The notes beneath the pieces are model-generated. The model did no database searches, was not told where the DNA came from, and saw nothing but the letters and a program-made list of their open reading frames with translations. This document shows, one piece after another, positions 41,528 to 49,877 of a DNA stretch of 64,000 bases; position 1 is the stretch's first letter, and each line of letters starts with the position of its first letter. Source of the stretch: a bacterium (GTDB lineage Bacteria; SM23-31); contig OZ252239.1 of the NCBI GenBank assembly GCA_965249485.1, positions 608,001 to 672,000 of the forward strand, written 5' to 3'. The position numbers and the translations under genes are program-made.

Positions 41528-42871
41528 TTGAACATTTTCAGATTAGGTGGTTTTTTATTAACATTCTTGTGTGGAGTGATATCTGTTTTTGCACAAATGA
41601 AGGTTGACGGCGTAGCGGCTGTTGTCGACAATCAGATTATTCTATATTCTGAAGTTTTCACACTTGCCGAACAAGAAGCAGCGACATTAAAATTAAATCG
41701 GAGTACTGAACCCGACAAGTTTGTCGAGATAATCGAGAAGTGGTTAACCATTCTTATCGATAACAAAATACAGATCGTCGCAGCTGAAAGTGACTCTCTT
41801 GTTGCCGGTTTTGTCTTTGATGAAAATATTCAGGAACAGGTTAATGGCCAAATCCAGAGTGAAATACAACTCCGCGGCTCAGAGAAGGCGGTGGAGAATT
41901 TTTGGGACATCTCTATTCAGGAACTGCGGGATCTCTTAACAAAGCAGACCCGTGAACGGCTTTTAATTGAGGAACTCCAACGCCAGAAAACTGCTGATAT
42001 TTCAATTTCGAGATCAGAAATCGAACAGTTTTATGAAACGTACAAGGACAGTATGCCGTTGTATCCCGCAGCCTTTGATTTAAGTCACATTCTTATAGTG
42101 CCTTCCAATTCAGCGGATGTCATTGAGGCAAAAAAAGTGTTTCTGGATTCTCTCCGACAGCGAATTGTGAACGGTGAAGATTTTGCTGCCATGGCACGCA
42201 ACTTTTCCGAAGATCCTGGCTCAGCAGCAAATGGAGGTGATTTAGGATGGCAAACACCCGGCACCTTTGTGCCCGAGTTCGACAGCACTATTGCAGCACT
42301 TTCTCCAGGCCAAATATCGGGTATTATACATTCGCAATTCGGCTTCCATATTATACAGCTTTTAGAGCAAACCGGAACACGTTTCCACTCCCGACATATT
42401 CTATCACTCCTTGTGGCGACCGAGGATGATGTACGCAGAGTGGTTGATGATCTTAACAGTTATCGCGAGAGTGCTCTTAACGGTGCAAGATTCGATTCTC
42501 TTGCTTCGCTTTACTCAAATGATCCCGAAGTGGAAACCACGAATGGGTATATGGGCGAATGGGAGGTCGAACGGCTTCAAAGTGTCCTTCCGGAATTCAA
42601 TCAGGCAATTGCCAATCTTAATGATGGTGAAATTTCCGAACCATTTAAAACTCAATTCGGTTACCATATAGCCAAATTGAACAAATACTCGACAGAGCGG
42701 CAACGCAATACCGCTGATGATTATGACTACATTTACCAGATAGCACTCCAAAACAAAAAAAACATGTTTTATGTCGAGTGGGTACGAAATACAAAAAAGA
42801 ATGCCTATATCGAGATTAAGATGAATTTCGATGAATTTACATTGCCGGAAAATAGTTCTTCAGACCGGTAG
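41528..42871 (+). CDS. surA: SurA-type chaperone/peptidyl-prolyl isomerase
   Basis: VDGVAAVVDNQIILYSE; two parvulin domains (SHIL..FSEDPGSAANGGDLGW; SQFGFHII; TQFGYHI). Confidence 0.9.
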   Translation: MNIFRLGGFLLTFLCGVISVFAQMKVDGVAAVVDNQIILYSEVFTLAEQEAATLKLNRSTEPDKFVEIIEKWLTILIDNKIQIVAAESDSLVAGFVFDENIQEQVNGQIQSEIQLRGSEKAVENFWDISIQELRDLLTKQTRERLLIEELQRQKTADISISRSEIEQFYETYKDSMPLYPAAFDLSHILIVPSNSADVIEAKKVFLDSLRQRIVNGEDFAAMARNFSEDPGSAANGGDLGWQTPGTFVPEFDSTIAALSPGQISGIIHSQFGFHIIQLLEQTGTRFHSRHILSLLVATEDDVRRVVDDLNSYRESALNGARFDSLASLYSNDPEVETTNGYMGEWEVERLQSVLPEFNQAIANLNDGEISEPFKTQFGYHIAKLNKYSTERQRNTADDYDYIYQIALQNKKNMFYVEWVRNTKKNAYIEIKMNFDEFTLPENSSSDR

Positions 42872-42954
42872 TTTTTAATTGACGAATATAATGAATGTAT
42901 TTTTTGTACCCGAATTACTTCTCTTATTTGACCTGTAAATCTTCCAATCAGAGC

Positions 42955-44070
42955 CTAAAACCAGAAATGTATCTGCATGTCGACTTCACTGAAATTATCT
43001 GCATTTTCAACATTATGATAACGGTAATTCAATGCTGTTTCAAGGAAAAAATAAGGGAATAAATCGACTCCAGCAGTTATAGTTTTCCACTCATCTGCTG
43101 TACTGTTTTCCTGCGGCAGAAACAGGTCGTACCGCGCTCTGATATCAAAACCCTTCCGAATGAAATATGCCGCATCGAATGACATTGCCCTATCTTTTGC
43201 TGTCGGCAGCCCGTTGGGAGTTGCCTCAATCTGGTCAATCTCAGCAAGGAGGGCAAAATCTTTTATACCGATCATAGTAAATCCGCCAAAAATATCGCCT
43301 TTAGTATCGAAGAGCTTGTTATGATAGTACGATCCGCCGAGAATGACACTGAGTTCCCCGAAGGTATGCCGCGCCGCAATTCGAGAAGAAAAAGCTTTGT
43401 CTTTATCAAACTCTCGAAACTAGGGTGATCCATTATAGATCCCCAAATCGATGTGAAACGGTCCCGGATATACCCCTAAACCAACTCCAGTATCGAGCAA
43501 TCCCGGTACAAATGCCGGTGAACCACGCGGGACACTGAGCGCAAATCCAAGCCGTTCACGTACAAATGCTGTGTGATCGGCAAATCTAATACCAAAATTT
43601 GGTGTGAACGTTCCGACTCGTACGTAACCCTTCCAGGGCAGAACATAGCCTAATGCAAAAATCTCATCACGGGAGCGGAGCGAGTTATTATAAAGAAGAA
43701 GGAACTTGGATGTCGGCTGAACTGATACGTAAAGATTTCCTTCCATTGTTATTATATCTGATATATCATTTTCCTCGGAATAGTAAGAAAGCGCCCGGAA
43801 ATCGCCACCAATCGAGATATTATCAGAAATTCCTGTCTGAAACGGCCACGACTCTTCAAGCCCGCCGTTTTCTATCATCGGCAAATCATTCACCGAGATA
43901 AACTGGCTACCGAAACTGTTCCGCATTCCCGCACCACCAGGATCCTGATGACATAAAAAACAGTATTGACCGTATTTAGCTGCAAGCCTGGGTGTTGCTT
44001 TCACCGAGATACTTTGGAATAGTAATGCGGTAAACATGAGTAAAGCAATGACATATTTAATATACTTCAT
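42955..44070 (-). CDS. Monoheme cytochrome c fused to outer-membrane beta-barrel (Cyc2-like), interrupted by an in-frame TAG at 43422-43420
   Basis: Signal peptide, TPRLAAKYGQYCFLCHQDPGGAGMRNSFG; the frame stays open after the TAG into track ORF 42955..43275; C-terminal QIHFWF. Confidence 0.8.
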
Positions 44071-44268
44071 CTGTATGCCATTCCTTAATAGCAGATGTTT
44101 CAGACGCTTGCATCGGATAGAGTTCTCCACACAAGAGTTTGAATCGACAATGAACTAACTGTTAAAAAAATGGAATATTATTACAGTGTGATTGTACGCC
44201 ATATGAATTTATAATTAAATTATTGCTGTACAGCAATAACCTTTCGCTAAGATGATAAAAATGTAAGA

Positions 44269-44832
44269 CTATTCAAGAAATTCCTCTATTTTAAACAAGG
44301 CCGCATACGTATAGCCCCGTTTTTCAATAGTCTCTTTACCGCCTTGCTGACGGTCAACAATTACCATGACAGCCTCAACAATGCCGCCAGACTCTTCAAC
44401 TGCTTCAACAGCATTCAATAACGAACCTCCCGTTGTCATAACATCTTCAACGATAACGACCCGGTCTCCATTTTTAAAGTTGCCTTCAATACTTTTTTGT
44501 GTACCGTGTTTTTTTGCTTCTTTTCTGACAACAAATAATCTCAGAGGATTATCATTCAGATGTGACGCAATTCCTATACTGGTAACTATCGGATCAGCTC
44601 CAATTGTCGGTCCCCCGACAGCATCGATCGGTTTAGACAGATTCCGTATCTCCTGTAGCATCAATTGGCCAATGAGGTACACTCCTTCGGGATCGAAGGA
44701 TGTCATTTTACCATCAATGTAGTAATTGCTTTTTTTGCCCGATGCTAGAGTGAAATTCCCTAATTTCAAAGAACGTTCCAGAATGAGTTCTTTTAACCGG
44801 CTGCGCACATCGTCCACGTCTGTTACCTCCAA
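44269..44832 (-). CDS. pyrE: Orotate phosphoribosyltransferase
   Basis: FTLASGKKSNYYID, RKEAKKHG, VEDVMTTGGS. Confidence 0.97.
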   Translation of the reverse strand: MEVTDVDDVRSRLKELILERSLKLGNFTLASGKKSNYYIDGKMTSFDPEGVYLIGQLMLQEIRNLSKPIDAVGGPTIGADPIVTSIGIASHLNDNPLRLFVVRKEAKKHGTQKSIEGNFKNGDRVVIVEDVMTTGGSLLNAVEAVEESGGIVEAVMVIVDRQQGGKETIEKRGYTYAALFKIEEFLE

Positions 44833-45013
44833 GATAATTTCGTCAAATATAAAAAAAAGTATTTACTTTTGAAAGAGGAAATTGGAATTTCTCGAATGCA
44901 ATTATTGGAAAAATCAAGTGTTCAGTGTGAATAAATGGGGGTAGAGTATGTGGACATCCTCGGGAGTCAGCTCTCGAAGAGAATTACTGTTTATACCTTT
45001 GAAATAAGCTTTG

Positions 45014-46006
45014 TTATTCCAAATTTTCAAGAAAAGTTTCGATTGAGTTGGTCAGGCCCTTTGCAATTTCCTCCCGATACCATGACTGCCGCAAATAGTT
45101 TTCGCCTATTTTGCTTGAAATATAGCAGCTTTCTACTAGTACCGAGCCAAATGTTGCAGCATTCTTGTAAATAACGGTAAAGGGCTCCCGGCGGATATAA
45201 CCTTTATCACGCTCTAATTCATCAATAAGTTCATCTCGCACTACTTCCGCAAGCTCCTGACTTCTTTTGTCGTAGTAATAAATTTCTGTCTGGTTCAGGG
45301 AGCTGTTTCTACGAGCAGCGCTGTTAGCATGTATTGAAATAAAAAGGTCTGGCTTCCATTGGTTTGCATATGCTCGTCGGGCAGATGGTCGTATTGCCGT
45401 ATCTCTCCGGCGCGTAAGCTCAACAATTAAATCGCCGCGCCGATTTAACTGCTGCTCAAGTTTGAGCGCTATATCAAGTGTGACATCTTTTTCTTTTGTT
45501 CTTTTGACGGGTCCGATTGCTCCAGCATCTACTCCGCCATGACCGGGATCAATGAGTATTTTATATTGTTTTGCCGGTTTCACGGCAGCAGTGCCATTCC
45601 AGGATACAAGTATATAGGGTTCTGCTTTCTTGACAAAAGATACGGTTGGATTAATTCCGCTTTTTTTGAATCTAATTACCACACGTGAGACATTCGGTTT
45701 GAATTGCGCCCGCCGTAATGAACGAACATCATCAAGATCAATTATTGAATTTAACGGGCTTTTAATTCTACTGTCATAAACATCTACATAGAATCTGGAT
45801 CCTTCAAGCATATTATATTTGAACTGAGGTGTGTTTTGTGATCCGGCCGGATCGACAAAAATCTTAACAGTATCATATGAGTACCACACCTTATTAACGG
45901 TATGCAATCGAGTTCCGGCATAAAGTTCGCCGGATTGTGATACTATTAATATTGCAATAAGCAGTTTGAGCGCAATGAGTTTTGGCAGATGTTTCCGTAT
46001 TATCAT
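45014..46006 (-). CDS. N-acetylmuramoyl-L-alanine amidase (Amidase_3) with AMIN-like domain
   Basis: IDPGHGG, EKD, SIHAN, VLVE; RFYVD..RRAQF..SRVVI AMIN-like region; signal peptide. Confidence 0.92.
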   Translation of the reverse strand: MIIRKHLPKLIALKLLIAILIVSQSGELYAGTRLHTVNKVWYSYDTVKIFVDPAGSQNTPQFKYNMLEGSRFYVDVYDSRIKSPLNSIIDLDDVRSLRRAQFKPNVSRVVIRFKKSGINPTVSFVKKAEPYILVSWNGTAAVKPAKQYKILIDPGHGGVDAGAIGPVKRTKEKDVTLDIALKLEQQLNRRGDLIVELTRRRDTAIRPSARRAYANQWKPDLFISIHANSAARRNSSLNQTEIYYYDKRSQELAEVVRDELIDELERDKGYIRREPFTVIYKNAATFGSVLVESCYISSKIGENYLRQSWYREEIAKGLTNSIETFLENLE

Positions 46007-46069
46007 ATTGAATGATCCTTGAGAAGCCTCGTAAATTCCGACACAGTTTTCCCTTTCGAAATATACTTA

Positions 46070-46085
46070 AGCAATTTTAATGCCA
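46070..46085 (-). promoter_or_regulatory. Sigma54 (-24/-12) promoter for the amidase
   Basis: TGGCAT-TAAAA-TTGCT with exact GG-N10-GC spacing, 64 nt upstream of the ATG. Confidence 0.7.
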
Positions 46086-46192
46086 TTATTGTTGTCTTAT
46101 TTTTTTAGCTATAAGTCGGCCGTTTCGAGACTAATAATCAGGAAAAATTTTCCTCTTTGAAAAAAAAAAAGTGAAATATTTTCCCAAAAACT

Positions 46193-46219
46193 TAAAGTAA
46201 AAAAAATAGACGACGATTA
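46193..46219 (+). promoter_or_regulatory. Sigma28 promoter for flagellin
   Basis: TAAA-N15-GACGATTA. Confidence 0.7.
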
Positions 46220-46226
46220 CTGTATT

Positions 46227-46306
46227 GCGGAGTCAAAAGGATTGACCCGCGCAACCGCGCTTTTTTCTGGTCTAGTAAGGATACTAGATAACAACAAACA
46301 AGGAGG
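46227..46306 (+). promoter_or_regulatory. CsrA-type binding sites in flagellin leader
   Basis: Hairpins GTCAA-AAGGA-TTGAC and TCTAGT-AAGGAT-ACTAGA with GGA in the loops, plus GGA in the SD AGGAGG. Confidence 0.7.
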
Positions 46307-46313
46307 TTACGCC

Positions 46314-47159
46314 ATGGCTATTGGTGATTCCACCCGAGTCAATACTAACATTGCAGCATTCAACGCCCTCAACGCTCTTAAGGGAATAAACCGAAATTTA
46401 GAGATCAGTCAATTAAAACTGGCGACCGGTCTTCGTATAAACGAAGTCTCGGACGATCCAGCTGGATTTACTATATCCAGAAGATTAGATGCCAGAGCTC
46501 GAGGTTTATCAGTTGCCCTTGATAATGTGGGTACCGCAAAAAACGTTCTCTCTATCGCAGAGGGAGGCCTTTTGAATATTCAGAGAATTATGATCGTGAT
46601 GAAAGAGAAGGTCACGCAGGCCAGAAGTGATACCCTGGGTGTAAAGGAACGTGAAGCTATTCAGCAGGAGCTTCTTCAGCTGACGGATGAAATTGAGGAT
46701 ATTGTTGGCGAAACTCAATTTAACAGCGTTGCACTTATTGACGGAACCTACACCGGCAAATCGTTTCAAACTGGTGAAGGAAAGGCGGATACGCTTACAT
46801 TCAGTATAGCATCAGGTGCCGCACCGTCAGACCTCAACGTTGCCTCAAATCAGGTAGCGAATAGTGTTGATAATTTTAACAATGCCGGTACTGCTCTCGA
46901 TAATGTGAATAACGCTCTGACAACTATCTTCAATAATCTTCAGTCGATTGGTGCTACAATTGGGCGCTTAACATTCAAGGAAGAAACGTTAAGGATTGCA
47001 GTCACAAATACCCTAGCAACCAAGAGCAGAATCCTTGATTCTGACATAGCGTTTGAGCAGTTGAGATCTACCAGACTTCAGATCCTTCAGCAAACTGCGA
47101 CAGCGCAACTGGCACAATCAAATGTTGCTCCTCAGAACGTACTAGCGTTATTCCAGTAG
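46314..47159 (+). CDS. fliC: Flagellin (minimal, 281 aa)
   Basis: RVNTNIAA...LATGLRIN..DDPAG; SRILDSDIA..LQQTA..LAQSN..LALFQ; AGGAGG before ATG 46314. Confidence 0.97.
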   Translation: MAIGDSTRVNTNIAAFNALNALKGINRNLEISQLKLATGLRINEVSDDPAGFTISRRLDARARGLSVALDNVGTAKNVLSIAEGGLLNIQRIMIVMKEKVTQARSDTLGVKEREAIQQELLQLTDEIEDIVGETQFNSVALIDGTYTGKSFQTGEGKADTLTFSIASGAAPSDLNVASNQVANSVDNFNNAGTALDNVNNALTTIFNNLQSIGATIGRLTFKEETLRIAVTNTLATKSRILDSDIAFEQLRSTRLQILQQTATAQLAQSNVAPQNVLALFQ

Positions 47160-47203
47160 AGGAATTATTTTATTAGTTTTTTGGGCATTGCTACATAGCA
47201 ATC

Positions 47204-47238
47204 AAGGCGGTTCACCTTTTATGGTAACCGCCTTTTTT
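47204..47238 (+). terminator. Intrinsic terminator after flagellin
   Basis: AAGGCGGTT...AACCGCCTT followed by a T-run. Confidence 0.85.
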
Positions 47239-47264
47239 ATACTAATAAAGTGTATTTGTGAGAT

Positions 47265-48719
47265 TTAAGCTACACCAGGAGATTCGTATGATTGTGATGA
47301 AATTGAGAGATTTTTTGAGTGAGTTTCAAACCATTTAAGATGATCGCGCAGGCATACAACTTCTCCGACAATAAGGAGTGCCGGAGATTCCATCGGTTCA
47401 CTTTTGAGGATATCAGCTATTGTTTCAAGTGTTCCAATTACCGTTTTTTGATTAGGTAACGTGCCATTTTGAATGATTGCGACCGGTGTTTCAGGTGGAC
47501 GTCCGTTATTAATAAATAAATATATAATTTCTTCAAGATTCGAGAGCGCCATGTAGACTGCGACGGTATCTATTCCGATTGCTAGTGCTTTCCAATTAAC
47601 GGCCCGCCGGTCTCCGGCAGTGCTCTGGTGACCGGCAATAAGGGCAAAACTCGAACTATACCGCCTATCTGTCAGGGGGATTCCCGCATAGGCAGAGACT
47701 GCAACTGCCGCAGTTATTCCAGGTACTATTTCAAATTCTATACCAGCTTCAAAAAGGGCTTCTGCCTCTTCTCCACCCCTTCCAAAGACAAACGGATCGC
47801 CGCCTTTGAGCCTGACGACAGTATTTCCCTCTTGTGCTTTAGTAATGAGCAGAGCATTAATATTATCTTGATCACGTCTGTATTTGCCGTATTTTTTCCC
47901 CACGAATATCCGCTCGGCATCATCACGTGCCTTCGCAAGCAGATGGCCATCTACGAGGTAGTCGTAAAGGATGACATCTGCCTCATGCAATGCTTTCAAA
48001 CCTTTAACAGTAATCAAATCAGGATCACCGGGGCCAGCACCAACTAAAAGCACCCTGCCTGTTCCAGCATGAGATTTGGGTTTCCTGCTTACTTGTGTTC
48101 CGAATTTTGAGTCTTGTTCCAATTCACTATTTTTTTCGGCAGCTTCGAGACATTGCAACTCTTTAGAAACAATTTCCTCAAACATCGCTTTCCGCTTATC
48201 GTAGTCTTCTGTTGAACTAAAGACAGCCGGCCGAATATCGCCGAGCCGATTAAGAAGATCGCTGTAATCACTGCCGAACTGATTTTTTACTCTGTCCCGT
48301 ATAATCTTGCCGAGTGTTGGGCTTTTGCCATTCGTTGATACGGCAACGCAAAGGTCGCCTTCTCTGTAGACAGATCCAAGATAAAATGAGCACAGTTCCG
48401 GAACGTCGGCTATATTAACGGGGATATTGTTCTCTTGAGCATCACGGAACACCGCTTCGTTCACGGCAGGATTATCCGTTGTCCCAAACACAATTGTATA
48501 ACCGCTGCAATCCCCTGTTAGGTACATTCTCTTATGCAGAGTAATTGCTTTGTCTGTCTGCAGATCCCGAATAGTTTTGGTAACTTCAGGGGATATTACG
48601 GTAATATGTGCTTGAGCAGATTGGAGCTGCTTAATTTTCTGCTCTGCAACAGCACCTCCTCCGACAACGAGACACTGTGTGCTGTTCAAATTAATGAATA
48701 TGGGAAGTAAATTATTCAT
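47265..48719 (-). CDS. cysG: Siroheme synthase (dehydrogenase/ferrochelatase + uroporphyrinogen-III methyltransferase)
   Basis: LVVGGGAVA, STNGKSP, VGAGPGDPDLIT, RLKGGDPFVFGRGGEE. Confidence 0.96.
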   Translation of the reverse strand: MNNLLPIFINLNSTQCLVVGGGAVAEQKIKQLQSAQAHITVISPEVTKTIRDLQTDKAITLHKRMYLTGDCSGYTIVFGTTDNPAVNEAVFRDAQENNIPVNIADVPELCSFYLGSVYREGDLCVAVSTNGKSPTLGKIIRDRVKNQFGSDYSDLLNRLGDIRPAVFSSTEDYDKRKAMFEEIVSKELQCLEAAEKNSELEQDSKFGTQVSRKPKSHAGTGRVLLVGAGPGDPDLITVKGLKALHEADVILYDYLVDGHLLAKARDDAERIFVGKKYGKYRRDQDNINALLITKAQEGNTVVRLKGGDPFVFGRGGEEAEALFEAGIEFEIVPGITAAVAVSAYAGIPLTDRRYSSSFALIAGHQSTAGDRRAVNWKALAIGIDTVAVYMALSNLEEIIYLFINNGRPPETPVAIIQNGTLPNQKTVIGTLETIADILKSEPMESPALLIVGEVVCLRDHLKWFETHSKNLSISSQSYESPGVA

Positions 48720-48741
48720 GATGTTGTTTTGTGTACTATGC

Positions 48742-48776
48742 AAAAAAAATACCCCGACCTAACGCGGGGTATTTTT
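48742..48776 (-). terminator. Intrinsic terminator-like hairpin between DUF2061 and cysG
   Basis: AAAAATACCCCG-N8-CGGGGTATTTTTTTT on the minus strand. Confidence 0.7.
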
Positions 48777-48789
48777 AAACACAGAATAT

Positions 48790-49023
48790 CTATTCAAGTG
48801 TCGCTTGCTGTTCGAGGACAGCCGGCTGATTTCTGAATCGGAGCCGGATCCACGCCCGCTCATGGAGATAATACGCAATTAGTTTGAAAATAGCATCCAA
48901 AATCCCGATAGATGCGGCAAATTTCATTTCACCGGTAATATACCATGCAATTATCATTGTTAACACCGTCGCGACAAATCTCCAGCTAATCGCTTTCAGC
49001 ACACTGACTTTTGAGGAATTCAT
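48790..49023 (-). CDS. DUF2061 membrane protein
   Basis: SVLKAISWRFVAT...K..YYLHERAW. Confidence 0.9.
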   Translation of the reverse strand: MNSSKVSVLKAISWRFVATVLTMIIAWYITGEMKFAASIGILDAIFKLIAYYLHERAWIRLRFRNQPAVLEQQATLE

Positions 49024-49044
49024 GATGTATAATATCTTTCGTAC

Positions 49045-49776
49045 CTACGATTGTACCTGTTGGGCTTCGGTTTCTACACCAAGCGGACGGGTATGAATAC
49101 CACATTCTCCGCCACACTTACTTGTGCCAATCCATCTGCCGGCACGTTCGTCTTCACCGACTGAAATACTTGAGCACGGAGCACATCCAAGCGATCTGTA
49201 TCCTTCACCATATAGCGGATTTATCTCGACATTGTTGAGGGCCAGGTACTGCCAAATCTCACGTTCATACCAGATAAGGATCGGATTCAGCTTAACGAGG
49301 TCTTTATCGCGTTGTTCAATTTCTTTATAATCTGTTCTTGTGCGGCCTTCAGTACAGCGCAATCCTGTCACCCAGCAGGCTACATTCATTTCCCGAACAG
49401 CACGCCGTACCGGTTCTACTTTCAAGTTGTCGCAGCACCGATCGGGATCCGTCAGGTAGAGTTTGTCGGGCTGCTCTGTATCATTTTTGAATATCTCGAG
49501 TCTTGGATACTTTTTTACGAGTTTATTCATCAACTCAATTGTCTCTTTCGGTTTATACCGTGTAGTTACAATAAAACCTTTAATATCCTTGCTCACTCTT
49601 TGAGCCAGATCCCACACAACGAGCGAATCTTTTCCGAGACTGTTCGCAACCACAAGTCGATCACCATATTTTTCGTGTGCATCACTGATGAGTGATAAAG
49701 CTCTGTCAACTTTCTGTTTGAAGTTCAGTCCCTTGACAAGTTCAGTAACATTTTCTCCATTTCCAGTAAGACTCAT
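49045..49776 (-). CDS. cysH: Adenylyl-sulfate/PAPS reductase (4Fe-4S APS-reductase type)
   Basis: SLGKDS, RCC..LK, WVTGLR, GYRSLGCAPC, ERAGRW, ECGIH. Confidence 0.93.
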   Translation of the reverse strand: MSLTGNGENVTELVKGLNFKQKVDRALSLISDAHEKYGDRLVVANSLGKDSLVVWDLAQRVSKDIKGFIVTTRYKPKETIELMNKLVKKYPRLEIFKNDTEQPDKLYLTDPDRCCDNLKVEPVRRAVREMNVACWVTGLRCTEGRTRTDYKEIEQRDKDLVKLNPILIWYEREIWQYLALNNVEINPLYGEGYRSLGCAPCSSISVGEDERAGRWIGTSKCGGECGIHTRPLGVETEAQQVQS

Positions 49777-49877
49777 TTCTTGTACTCCCCTTTCTGAGAG
49801 GTGTGTTTGTGAATTACTTTAATTATAAATATGTCTTGAATTCTTGAGCTATAATTCTTCATTATATGAACAGAACA

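Noticed and set aside
43420..43422. Genome-wide TAG reassignment or pyrrolysine
   Set aside because: TAG terminates rpmH, fliC, pyrE and others at expected positions; no pyl genes in the window; the site is a non-catalytic loop
46242..46313. 24-aa N-terminal extension of flagellin from the TTG start in the track
   Set aside because: The SD-preceded ATG at 46314 matches the flagellin N-terminus; the extension is the structured 5' UTR
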